From Hyphochytrium catenoides (taxonomy: Eukaryota > Protista > Hyphochytriomycota), in contig FLMG01004710.1 in the NCBI GenBank assembly GCA_900088475.1, forward strand, positions 1 to 36,018: a stretch of DNA of 36,018 bases, read 5' to 3'. This document shows, piece after piece, positions 23,792 through 35,844 of this stretch. A program made the position numbers and the translations under genes. Below the pieces are notes generated by a model. The model did not search any database. It was not told where the DNA came from and was given only the letters and a program-made list of their open reading frames with translations. Position 1 is the first letter of the stretch. Every line of letters starts with the position of its first letter.

Positions 23792-24333
23792 GAAAGAGGG
23801 CAAAAAGAGAACGACTGACGGTTCTATTAGAGTAGTGGTGGTGATCTTGATGATCGAGGCAAAGAGAGACGCACTGAAGGGGGAAGGATGAAGAGAGAGA
23901 GAGAAAGAGAGAACAGAAATGAGCAAGGCGGTGGAGATTATGCTTAAGGAACAGCTGAAAAGTGGGAAAGCGCTCTCTCTTGTTCTCTCCTTTGACGCCA
24001 ATCCTCTTCCCTGCTCGCTAACCGCGCCAGCAGAACGACGTGGCGATTGAACGACTTTGTCTAAGATTCTTATACACCGGCAGCGGGAAATCAAAAAAAG
24101 AGAGAAAGAGAGAGAGAGAGGGAGAGAGAGGCAGAGAGAGAGGGAGAGAGAGGCAGAGAGAGAGAGAGAGAGAGAGAGAGTTTCACCCTCAGAATCTCTT
24201 CAGGTTACGAAAGGTTTTTTCCTCTCTTTTGAAGGAAGTTCTACAGGATCTATGCTCTCTCCCTCTCCCGGGTCTGTATGTGTATGTCTTCTGCACCTTT
24301 AGCCGATGTCTCCCCTCTACTTTCTCTCTCTCT

Positions 24334-24380
<47 letters not shown>

Positions 24381-24540
24381 CTGCAGTGTTCTCTGGTGGA
24401 GACACTGCCTGGCTTGGCCAACGCCTCTCTCCGGCTCTCTTGCTACAGAACTGAAGCAGACAGAGCGGATGCTCTTCCTTTGGCGCCATGACCATCACTG
24501 AACGGCGTGCTGACTCCTGACCTTCTGCCCGCACTCCGGC

Positions 24541-24547
24541 TCTCTTA

Positions 24548-24591
<44 letters not shown>

Positions 24592-24718
24592 CTCTCTCAT
24601 TCTCTCTCTCTCTCTCTCTCCTTTCAATCTCTCTTCCTCTGTATTTCCATCTCTCTTACCCCTTGCCTCTTAGGGTTTCTTCCGCCTCCCTCTCTCTCTC
24701 TCTCATTTTCTCTCTCTT

Positions 24719-24762
<44 letters not shown>

Positions 24763-24900
24763 TCTTTCTCCCTCTCTGTCTCACTCTCTCTCTCCCTCTC
24801 TCTCTGTCTGTCTCTCTCTCTCTCTCCCTCTCACTCCCTCTCACACTCTCTCTCTGTTCCTCTTAACCTTCCCTCTTTTCCTTAGTTTCGGCTCTCTGTC
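24541..24900. repeat. Long compound (CT)n microsatellite including a 12-bp (ctctctctcttt)n array
   Basis: Nearly pure pyrimidine tract; the ctctctctcttt unit repeats about 5 times near 24710-24770. Confidence 0.9.
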
Positions 24901-26516
24901 TCTCTTGTCCAATTTTGCGTCTTTATTTCCTTCATGTGAAAAGCGCAACTAACCTTCTTCAAAAGGCTAAGATCCAAGTATTTACCCACTTGAAGGATTC
25001 AGGAAACCTTGAGGGACTGAAGGTTTCGGAACAAAGGATGAAACTGCCTATTCCCCGCCTCTCACAAGATACCAAACTGTGGGAAAGTGAGAGAAGACAC
25101 TTGGATTCACAAACAGAGAGAGCAAGAGATAGCAACCAACCGATAGAACTCTGACTAAAGGCCCTGATTGTGATGAAGGAGGTAAGACAGAGAGAGACGA
25201 AGATGTATTACAAGCAAATAAGAGGTAGAACGACGAACCCGTAAAATAAACAAACGAGAGAAATTGAAGCAGAGAAACTCAGAAAGAGTGAAGGGAACCT
25301 CCCGAATAGCAAGCCAAACTATAGCATAGAAGCAGTACAGGTAGAAACGACCGAACAAAAACTAATGGCGAGGAAAAGAACAACCCGAAATTGGAGAGTA
25401 GATGGTTCTCACAGACCATCTTATTCAGGTTTACCATAGAATTTTACAGAGAGACTAGGAGTGCGAGGATGAGGGAGAGAAAGAATGACTGGATATTTGG
25501 ACCAGGCAAATGCAGGTAGGACATACAATAGGGTGAGCTTTATCTAGAGAGTGACCTTTGGGTCCAAACGTTATGGATGTGGAGAATGCCTTCTGGCCGA
25601 AAGTAAGAGCCAGCATTTTATATATGGAGTTGTTTCTGCAAAACTAGTGCATATTAGGTATATTTGGTTAACCTTATTTCTGTAGAAGCCAATAATAAGA
25701 GATGAGGGCGACAGAGCTTGCTTACAAAGCTTGTTCTCGTTCTCTTTGTGTTATTCAGAGTAGCCACATCTATTTTGAGTACTAGAGATGTTCTATTTTG
25801 CGCTATTCTCGCTAAACACGTTACCACACATTGCTAAGAGCGTTTCAGGCATTCAGAGCGTCGTACCCAAGATGCAATGAATGTGAGAAGCTGAGGGCAG
25901 AAGTGATGGGCGCCGCCATCTTTTTAACACTGGCATGCTGCTCTTTTGGCATCCTGGCTTGCCTACACTGATCGTCAAAAGGGTTACTGAAAGCAAGTAC
26001 GTTGATTAAGTCTCTAGTCTTCCCTGAGTTTTGAATCAAAAAGAGACTTGACCTTTGTGATAACTAAACAGACATTGTGAGATTATCCTTTTCATTCAGT
26101 TATCGCTCTTACCATATTCTAGTTCTATGAGGACCTTCCTTTGTCGTATTCTTTGTCTCTTATATACAACTGACCGAAAGGAATCTCCATTATACCAAGG
26201 ACCTAGCAATAAAGTAATGGTTTGCTCCTAATTTGCCGCAGGATAGTCCCGTAATAGTCGCAGCCAATGGTTCTTGTCCTCAAACTCTTTTGCCATAGAT
26301 TCTCTATATCTGGGAGCTCCCACTTCGGAGCTCCATCAGAATCCGTTTCTAGGCTGTGCTGTTGAGGGCGAACCATTTGCAGCTTCCTTATTTCATCCTT
26401 CCCCCATAGCCAGGAGGAAGAGGAAGAAGTGTACAAAGGGCTGGTATAGAGATTAAGGCAAAGGCTGGGACCGTTCCTCTTACAATCCATATACGTTTGG
26501 GTAGATAACCAACAAG

Positions 26517-27163
26517 ATGGCTCAAGATAAAGGCGAAGGTCAGGACGCGCTAACTCGTCATGATGGCGAATCAGTCTGCCGTAACAATCGATAGTAGCTC
26601 CTGATCCTGTTCCCTTCTGTGCCTTCGTATCTCTGTAGTGCTTGCACAGTTCAAGGAGTTATTACGGGATCCGGATATGGCGGTGCCTGTTGCTGCTATC
26701 AAAGCTCTGACGGGCGTTATAAAACAGAGCAATTCAAGCACAATGATGGAGCTTGAAGTCCAGCTTCGAGCAGCCGCTGATGAACTGAAGCATATGGATC
26801 AGGCAGATCTAGGTAGCATCTTCAGATTTCTTTCTTCTGCAATCTCCCTTCCTTTCCATTGCTCTGCATCTTCCTACATGTGTTAAGCCACTATTTCCAA
26901 AAGCTGCTCATCAGGTCCTTCCTTTGCGTCCTTGCCTTGTTTGCCAACATCTCGTCCTCCCTCTTCTCTCTCACAGAGTCATGGACTTCAATATCTCTTC
27001 AGGCAGGCTGCGAAATATTTCTGCGTTATGTCACACGCTGCTTTCTAGATTTCCCTGTACGTACGACAGAGTTAGCTAAATCAAACTTCACGCCTGTCAC
27101 TCGAGCCACCAGTTGCCTTTCTTATTAACTTGCCAAAGCACATTGTTACCTTGTTCTTTCTCT

Positions 27164-27211
<48 letters not shown>

Positions 27212-28587
27212 CTCCCTCCCGCGCGCGCAAGCCTTCTGTCACAGCGCTCTCACTCTTACTCTCTGTGTTCTGTTTTCACCTCTATCGTTCCTTTCTCGTC
27301 CTTTCTCTCTCTCTCACCGCGTTTCTCTCTTCCATTTCCTCCTTGTCTTCTCCTTAGGACTTTGACGTTTGCAAGACCAAGCTTATAGAGCGAGGAGAGA
27401 AGTTCGCCTCTGCGTCCTTGAAAAGTAGACAGAAGATTGCCGAAGTGAGCCATAACTTTGTACGAGACGGGATGACGGTGCTCACTCATGGATACTCGAG
27501 GGTGGTCATAGCCATCCTTCTCCGGGCAGGGAAAAATAGGCACTTCTCCGTGGTCGTGACAGAAAGTAGACCCGATCAGTCCGGGTTAGTATTGACCCTT
27601 AAAAGTTTGTCCCTCTCTCTCTCTCTCCCTACTCTTTTCTTCTTCTTCTCCCTTTTTTTGCTTTATTTCTTTGTCCAGCTTACTTTCTTCCTTCTGTTGC
27701 TCGGTCGACTGCACTGTTTTGCCATCTATCGCTGGTATCCATCCTTGCTCCAAAGAGGCAAATGTAGCCAGCACACTAGAGAGATAGTCCTTTGCCCGTC
27801 CTCTTTCATTGGGCCTTTGTTCCGCTTATGCCCTACCTCGTTTCCAACTGAATCGTGACGGCCTTCGCAGCACAAAGACGGCGAAGATCTTAGCGCAAGC
27901 CGGTATTCCCGTCACAGTCATCCTAGATAGCGCTGTGGCTCATATTATGGAAAAGGTAGGGCATCTCTGTAAATGTGTTCCTTCTCATTGCAATTACTTG
28001 GCTGGCCTAGCAGCTTCTCCGGTCATTATTTGCTCAATTGCCACCCGCCGTGAGATAGATGGTACATCGGACTAACGACCTAGTCAATGGATGTAGGTTG
28101 ACCTTGTAGTCGTTGGAGCCGAGGGCATTGTGGAGAACGGAGGAGTAGTGAACAAGGTGCATTACGTTCATAAGTCTCTTATGCTTGCTCTTCATTGAGT
28201 TTCTCTTCCTTTATGACACATCTTCCTAAGTCAGGAGATGGCTAGCGCCTCCTCAGCCTCTTTCGTCGCTCTAGGTGACGCTTCTACCCTTCATTCTGTC
28301 CTTTGAGTTGCATGTCCTCCTGCTTATAGAAAACGTTCTCTCCTCCTTGTTTTTCCTTGCTCCAGATCGGCACGTTCCAGTCTGCAATCGCGGCAAAGGC
28401 GTTCAATAAGCCTGTGTATGTGGCTGCAGAGAGCTACAAGTTTGCTCGGTTCTATCCTCTGAACCAAAGTGACATCCCCACTATTATTGCTCAAAGGAAA
28501 GCAGCCTACGACGAGCAGCTAAAGAAGGAATTCAAAGACTTGTCCCATGTAACGGTAAGACAGCACCACGTCAAGGCAAGAAGAGCC

Positions 28588-28634
<47 letters not shown>

Positions 28635-29046
28635 AAAGAGAAACAGTAAGGACTTTGAGAGAGGAGAGAGATAGAGGGGCGACACAGAACAACGATAAGG
28701 AGGGATGGGAGAGAGAGAAAAGAGGAATAGTGAAGAGGTAGAGCGCGAGAGAGTGATCATTAGGTGACCCTATTTAGAGTGCTCATCCTCACTCTCCTCG
28801 TACCGTTCTCTCTTGGCCCTCTATCTTACTTTCTCTCTTCTCTCTCTCTCTCGTTCTCTCTCTCTCTCTCTCTTCTCTCTATTTCTTTTATACCCTGTCG
28901 CTATGTAAATTTCTGTTTCTCTCCCCCAGGTGGACAATCCCGTGTGTGACTATACTCCTCCGCAATACATCTCTCTGCTGTTCACAGATCTGGGCATTCT
29001 CACGCCGTCCGCGGTGTCGGACGAGCTCATCAAACTCTATCAATAA
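26517..29046 (+). CDS. EIF2B1: Translation initiation factor eIF2B subunit alpha; ~317 aa; exons 26517-26538, 26639-26812, 26977-27056, 27358-27584, 27871-27955, 28097-28156, 28366-28554, 28930-29046
   Basis: Motifs [82 protein letters not shown] and [31 protein letters not shown] are diagnostic of eIF2B-alpha/GCN3. Phases are consistent (954 nt). Confidence 0.96.
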
Positions 29047-29230
29047 ATATTTGCCAAACCTCCCTTTCATCTTCTGGGGCCTGAAATCTCATGGTTCGAC
29101 TCTCTCTTCTTTCTCTCTCTCTCCTCTCTCTCTCTCTCTCACGCTTCTCGCCTTTTCTTACTCAGAGTATGTATATGCTTTCTTCTCTTCTCTCTCTCTC
29201 TCTCTCTCTTTTTCTCTCTCTCTCTCTCTC

Positions 29231-29262
29231 NNNNNNNNNNNNNNNNNNNNNNNNNNNNNNNN
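29231..29262. other. Assembly gap within (CT)n
   Basis: Run of N. Confidence 0.97.
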
Positions 29263-29299
<37 letters not shown>

Positions 29300-29487
29300 T
29301 GATGTCCAGCTCCATTTGTAGCAACAGTTGCATTCCTGTAGCTTTTCCTGCCCAATCCTATTCCTCTAATACTACGGGCGATTGAGGCCGGTAACGCTCT
29401 TTTGAGCACAGGTTTGTCTGAAGTTATTCCTCCATGGTTCTGATGGTGAGAGGCCGAGATGTCGCTTCACTATTGCACGCTCGAAGG

Positions 29488-29522
<35 letters not shown>

Positions 29523-29691
29523 GGAGACTGGATAGCAAAAAGAAGAGGAGAAAGAGAATTGTAGCAAGGCGAGAAGAGAGGAGCTGATTGTGAGAAGGCA
29601 AGAGAAACAGGAGGAGCAGACTCCAGCAAACGAAGCCTCAAGGTCAGAACGACGCAGTCTCTCCATAGGAAGTCTCTCTCTCGGATCTTGC

Positions 29692-29914
29692 ATGAAGCGC
29701 GTTGCTGCGGCAGCTATGGACTATGAAGAGAAGGAGAGAGATGACGAGGAGGAGGAGGAAGGGAAGAGAAGGAATGAGTCAGTAGGAGAGAGAGGAGAGG
29801 GAGAGAGAGGAGTGGAAGAGAGAGAAGGAGAAGAGGATGCGCCACCAGAAAGGCTCCGAAGAGCGGAAACTATCCTCCAAAATAGGATTGGTCTGTACCA
29901 GCAAAATATGTCAA

Positions 29915-29971
<57 letters not shown>

Positions 29972-30823
29972 GTCCCTCGCTCTCTCTCTCTGTCTCTCGC
30001 TCTCGCTCTCTTACCCGGTCTCCATTCTCTCGCTGTTTCTTCTCTATCTTACGTTCCCCTCTGCCTCTCCCCCACCTTCTCTATCACACACACACACACA
30101 CACACACACTATCTCTATCTGTATGTGCCTCTTCTCCCTGTATGGCTGTCTCTCCCCTTTCCCTCGCCCGTATCTTCTTTCTCTCTTCTCATCCTTTGTC
30201 TATCGCCATCTCTCTGACTCTCTCTTTTCTGCTTCTGTCTCCCTCTGGGACGGACCGGATCGCTCTTCCCTCCTCTGCGCTCCTTCAGTGTCAAACGCTT
30301 TGGGACCCTGCCGTATCTCTCTCCTATCAATATCTTATCCCCCCCTCTCTCTCTCTCTCTCTTCCCTCCTCCCGCCTTCTTCTTCTTCTTCTTCTTCTCC
30401 CTCTCTCTCTCTCTTTCTTTCTCTCTCCCAAGCCCGCACTCTCTTTGGTTTTTTTTCTCTCACTCTGCCGCTCCTGCCCTTCCCTCAGGCAGTATCCTGC
30501 TGGTGCTCGAGCAGTGCATAGACTCTAGGAACCAACAAGCAGTCCTTCGAACTGCAGAAGGTGAGAGAAGAAAGGAGACAAAAAGAAAGAGGGAGAGAGA
30601 CAGAGACAGAGAGAGAGCGAAGGAGGGCGGAGAGAGAGAGAGAGAGAAAAGAGGACAGAGAGAGAGAGAGAGAGAAAGAAAAAGAAGAGAGAAAAGGACA
30701 GATAGAGAGAGAAGAGTACGTGGGGATATGCATGGTGTTGTGTGCGCGAGAGTTACAGATACGAATCTCCCTCCTCACGCTCAAGTTCTGTCCCCATCAC
30801 TTCTCTCTCTCCTCCTCTCTCCT

Positions 30824-30865
<42 letters not shown>

Positions 30866-32508
30866 TTATTTTTCAAAGCCATGGGTCTCCAGCATGTCTG
30901 GGTGATTGACTCGTCCTTTGTTAAGAACGGAGATAAGATCGCGAAGAGGATAACTAAGAATTGCACCATGTGGCTCTCTCTCCGACACTTTTCAAGCACT
31001 GCTGAGTGCATCGCTGCCATCAGAGAGGAGAAGAGAGAGATCTGGGTAACGGATCTCTCTCCAGAGGCCCAAAGGATGACCCTCAACGGTAGGCTCTCTC
31101 TCTCTCTCTTGCTGTTGTTTCTTTCCCTCACTTTCTCTCTTCTTCTCCCTCGCTTGCCCTAGTCCGCGCGCGTCACCGCTCTTTTGCTGCTACCACCATG
31201 CTCTCTCGCTCCTCTTGTCGTCTCTCCTTCTTGTTCGTATCTTTCTCTCTCTCCCTCCAGTGCGCAGCATGCCATCTCTCTCCGTATGGCTGCTTCTCTT
31301 ACTCTCTCCTTTCTTCTCTCACTTGTAGCCCTTGCCTCTCCCTTTCTCTCTCAACGTTCAACAGTGCTTTGGCTCCTCAACGCTTGATAGCCTTCTCTTT
31401 CGTTCTTGGCACCCTTCCGCTCTTTCGATCTACGTCTAAATCTCTCTCTCTCTCTCTCACTCTCTCTCTCTCTCTGTGCCTCTCTCTCTCTCTCTGTCGC
31501 TTTTACTCTCACTTCTTCTTCTCTCTCTTTTTCTCTCGCTCTTGCCCCCTTCCTCGTACCTCCAAGGCAAGCCTTCTCGCTCCCTCCCTCGCATCGCGCT
31601 GGTAATCGGGAGAGAAGCGGACGGAGTCTCTCCTGAGATGATTGCTGCATCTTCTCTCCGTCTATATCTCCCTCTCTTCGGGTTCACAGAGAGTCTGAAT
31701 CTCTCCGTGGCGACGGCGCTGGTTCTGCAGAGACTCTTGGATTGGTTTCCTGAGGCGAGAGGAGACTTAGAGGAGAGAGAAAAGGAGGAGATTAGAAGAG
31801 AGTGGTAGGTAGGGCTTCGGTCTCTGACGCAGGAAAAGGGAGAAAAGGATGAGGAGAGACAGTAGACGGATCAACGAAAAGAAAGCGACAATGAAAGAGA
31901 GAGAGAGAGAAAAGAGAGAGAGAGAGAGAGAACAGAGACGCAACCTCAGAGGGTCGAAAAGGAGCGGGCCAAAAATTCCAGGGCTTTTTCTTCCGGACTT
32001 TTCTCTTTTTTTATATCCTCATCTTGCTTTATGTGCTCTCTCTCTCTCTCTCTCTTTCCTCATCTTGCTTTATGTGCTCTCTCTCTCTCTCTTTCCTCTT
32101 CTCCCTTGTTTTTCTCTCACTCTCTCATTCAACCCCTCTCACTTCTCTCTTCTCTTCGTCTCTTATCCCCTCAAAATCTATCTCTCTGCCTCTCCTGCTC
32201 ACTCTCTCTCTCTCTCTCTCTCTCTCCTTCTCTCTCCCCTTCTCTCATGTCACTATGGTGTTTGTAGGTTCTCCCAGCTCTTCCAGAATCCTACCAGCCA
32301 ACTGAAGCACTCGAAGTGGCAGAAGAGAGCCATTCCGTTGCTCAATGACCTGAGAAGAGAGAAGGATGTCCCACGTGTGCCGCCGAAGATCAGGAAGAGA
32401 AGAGAAATAGAGGTAAAACAAACGATGAAAGAGAGAGATGCGCCTCTTCTTCATTTGGGACTTATCGGAAGAAGAGTGAGAAGGAACGAGAGAGGTGTCT
32501 GCATCTGA
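29692..32508 (+). CDS. SpoU/TrmH-family RNA 2'-O-methyltransferase (SPOUT), TrmH-like; ~319 aa; exons 29692-29890, 30489-30560, 30879-31088, 31567-31804, 32268-32508
   Basis: Motif 1 LLVLEQCIDSRNQQAVLRTAEAMG, motif 2 ALVIGREADGVS, motif 3 LPLFGFTESLNLSVATALVL; N-terminal helix ERLRRAETILQNR. The start (29692 or 29717) and the extreme C-terminus are less certain. Confidence 0.9.
32016..32098. repeat. ~41-bp tandem duplication in the last intron of the methyltransferase
   Basis: tcctcatcttgctttatgtg(ct)n ttt occurs at 32016 and 32057. Confidence 0.85.
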
Positions 32509-32723
32509 ACAGCCCGAGAGAGAGAGAGAGAAAGAGGGAGTGACGAAGAGGGAGGGACAGAGAGAGAGAGAGAGAGAGATTCCGATAAAGCCTTTGAAAG
32601 ATTAAGGAAGAGCTGGCCTTTTCACGAAAAAAGAAATTAGCCAGAAAGAGAGAGACGTGTGTTAAGGAGGGCAATACTTGGAAGTTACTTGGTAGATCCT
32701 GGCTCATGCACTCTGCTATTCAC

Positions 32724-35700
32724 TCAATGTCTCTTCTCTCTCTCTCTTTCTCTCTCTCTTTTGTCCCTCCTTTTCTCTGTCTCTCCTTCCCGCTTTGCTG
32801 CCTCCCGTATGGACGAAGTAGGAAGGAGTACGAGCTGAGATGACAGAGAACCGCATCTCCTGAAAGAGTCAAGCAATTGGGGATCAATGGCTTCCTGCAA
32901 CAAGCTTTTGACTCTCTTTCCTACTTTCTCTCTCGTCCCCTCTTCGTCCATATCGTTACACTATTGGACAGGAGGGAGAAGACGAGAAGCTACGCCTCTC
33001 TCTCCTCATTTTCACTAGGAGCTGCGCTGTGTTCTCCTCTGTGCACTGTCCCTCCTGCTTCTGCTCCTATTGATTCTTTCTCTCTTTTCATCTCTCTCTC
33101 TCTCTCTCTCTCTCTCTTATATTGCCTAGTCCACCTTAAGGTGATGGACTTTGGCCTTCCTTTTCCACTTCAGAACCTCGAGTACGACGGCTCCGACTCC
33201 GACGGCAGACGCAGCACCTACCCGCAAATAGCAATCCGGGATGTTTAGGGGAAAAGAGGGAGAAAGAGAGAGAAAGAAAGAGAGAGAGAGTTATTTCTGG
33301 AGAGATATTTCTGGAGAGAGGAGAGATAATACGCAAGAGAGAGAGATTCAGGAAAGAGAGAGAGAGAGAGAGAGACTCAACCATGATAGAGAGATAAGGA
33401 GATTGCAGCGGTTTGAGAACGTCTGAGAGAGATAACGAAAGGCAGTCTGTCCCTTCTAAACCACAAAGAAGACGAAAGGAGAGAGAAGTAATGAAGAGAG
33501 AAAGTTTACCAAAGAGATAACGGAGCCACGGGCTGCTCTCGACACAGAGAGTCACAATCTCTCTGACATTTTGATGAAGAACCTAAAGAGCGGAAGAGTA
33601 CAGGGCAGGAGTTTAAGAAATAACCAAAGAAGAAAAACAAGACAGAGAGAGAGACAAAGAGAGAGAGAGAGGGAGAAAGAGAGAGAAAAAAAAAGCTGGG
33701 AAGAGCAAAGTGCAATGTCAACAGATTTCAACTAAGAATATAAGCCTTGTCCTGCTCTGCAACGAGCTCAACGTACATACCAGATAGTTTTCTTGCAGGC
33801 TGGCAAAAAGAGGATTGTCTGCTTGACCTGCTGGCAGAACTGGAAAAATAACAGCGAGAGAGAGAGAAAGAGAGAGAGAGCCCAACGAAGAAGACAGGTG
33901 AACCCTTTGCAAGAATAAAGAGAGACTAAGGAAAGCCATGCTGCATAACAGAGAGGAAAGATTTGCCCCAGAAGAACGAGAGGAAAGCTGACGGAAGTCA
34001 TAAAGCAATAGCCCAACACCCATGGGACTAGGCATAGAGAGAGAGAGAAGAGAGAGAGACAGAAGAGAAGGGCCGACATGAGAAGAGAAGATAATGATCC
34101 GGAAGGGATAGATTTAGCGTGAAAAGAGAGATATAGTTTCCTACCGCGTGCGTGGCTCTCTGCCTGAAGGAACAGACAGAAGAAGAGCGCTGCCATGATT
34201 ATGTCCAGCCCTAGAACCAATGAACGCAAAGAGAAAAAGAAAGTGGAGAGAGTATCTTTCTTCTTCCTTTCCTTCCTCTCTCTCCTAGCATCCTCCAGAA
34301 CAGACTTGGGCAGTCTCCTTTGAAGCGGAGCCGTCTCTTCTGATGGCGCAAAGGAAGTTGAAGAAGGGAGCTGTCCCTCTCTCTCCTGAAGCGAGCTATC
34401 CAGAGAAGCTTTCCCTCCCACTTTGTTGCCTGTTTCTCTCTCTTTCTCATCTCTTTCTCTCTGCGTTATTGCTGCCACGTTAGCTTCAGTCAGCGGGGAA
34501 GAGGAGGCTGCCTGTTGCGTGCGGAGGGTTTCTTGTGCTTGGCGCCTTAGGTTCTTTACCGATGGGGGAGACATTCTTCCGCTCTCTCTTACTTCTCCCT
34601 CTCCTTCCCAGACGGAGCTCTCTGTCTCGGAGTATGTGCTGTCCATAAAAGAAGCCTCCGAATCGTAATGATTGACTAGAGAACGAGCGGTGGCAGAGAG
34701 AAAGGGAAAGAGAGAGACACAGAGAGAGAGAGGTGAGACAATAGATGGAGAAGAGAGAAAACGAGAGAGGGAGAGGCAGAGACAAGAAACCTTCACAACT
34801 AAGAAAGTAGTAAACGATGGGGAGCAAAGAGGAGAGAGAGAGAGAGAGAAAAAGAGAGAGAACAAAAAGAGAAAGAAAGAAACGAGAGACAAAGACAAGA
34901 GAGAGAGAGAAAAAGGTGACATAAGATGAAGGAGAGACTGCACAAGACCCAGGCTTCTCTTCAGAGACAGAAAAGACTCTTACTTCTGGCTCGCTTCTTA
35001 CTATCCCAGGGATTCCGGTTGCCATGAGGAAGAGAGAGAGGGTATCTATCTTCTTTCCTCTTCTCCCCTGACCTCTTCTCCTTCAGTCTCCCCAGTCTCT
35101 CCTGGATAGCGGACTCGAATGCCTTGATCTCTTGATCAGTTCCGGACTCTGGGGTTCGTCGGGGTCTATAGTGTTGGAGCTGCGTAGATAGCAGAAGAGA
35201 GAGAATATGTGATTGTGTGAGAGCGAGAGAGAAGGAGAAGAAAGAGAAGAGAAGAGAGAGAGAGAGGGGGAGACAGAGAGGGANNNNNNNNNNNNNNNNN
35301 NNNNNNNNNNNNNNNNNNNNNNNNNNNNNNNNNNNNNNNNNNNNNNNNNNNNNNNNNNNNNNNNNNNNNNNNNNNNNNNNNNNNNNNNNNNNNNNNNNNN
35401 NGAGTTAGACAACAATCATAAAAAAGTTGGAAGTCTGAGGAAGATAGATAACGTGACAAAGAAAGGAAGCTAAGTGGTGCTGACCCTTAAGGAGAGAAGA
35501 AGAGATAAAGAACGGCCAAAAGGAAAAGAGCGAAAGAGAGAGAAAGAGAGAGAGAGAGGATGAAGAGAGGCAGTAACAGACAGCATAGGGGCCAGAAGAG
35601 GTAAGAGTGAAAAAAGACCCTCTTGCGCAACGATTCTCTCTCTTTACCCTGAGGCACATCATCATCGCGCAGAAGGTGACTCCTTCTGTTTGAGGAGAGA

Positions 35701-35844
35701 GACGGATCTGCCTCCTGTCCGCTTCCTCCCCTTCTCCTGCCGTCTGGAGGATCATATCGAGGATCTGACTGACAGTGAAGAAGGTATCCGCGATAGGACC
35801 GGCCTTACGATCACTTGGCCAGAGCTTGATGGAGATCTTCGGCT
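32724..35844 (-). CDS. Hypothetical membrane protein, 5'-incomplete; exons 35844-35648, 35179-34984, 34675-34145, 33839-33781, 33582-33510, 33217-33135, 32960-32724
   Basis: Seven exons with GT-AG junctions, pyrimidine tracts and matching phases. Contains a beta-rich segment (KISIKLWPSDRKAGPIADTFFTVSQIL), a Ser/Glu-rich linker, and hydrophobic stretches FFFSLRSLVLGLDIIMAALFFCLFL and YLFGAASAVGVGAVVLEVL followed by KWKRK. A gap lies in one intron. Confidence 0.72.
35284..35401. other. Assembly gap inside an intron
   Basis: Run of N. Confidence 0.97.

Noticed and set aside
23636-24501. Possible small + strand gene (ORFs 23636-23818, 24040-24501)
   Set aside because: Interrupted by a gap and dominated by microsatellites; no recognisable domain or convincing exon chain, though not fully excluded.
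22815-29046. Functional stress-response cluster (PP1 regulator next to eIF2B alpha)
   Set aside because: The RVxF protein shows no GADD34/CReP-like eIF2-alpha-binding motif that I can recognise, and adjacency in eukaryotes is weak evidence without conserved synteny.
29590-31162. 312-aa and 219-aa ORFs as standalone proteins
   Set aside because: They are methyltransferase exons read through repeat-rich introns.
12972-31172. Recurrent short (CG)n runs in introns (near 12972, 13366, 27220, 31165)
   Set aside because: Only 4-6 units long and at no consistent position; compatible with general dinucleotide slippage.
33129-33248. Plus-strand terminal exon (VMDFGLP...) or hairpin gtccaccttaaggtgatggac
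   Set aside because: The same bases form a phase-consistent exon and donor of the minus-strand gene; the DFG word and the palindrome look coincidental.
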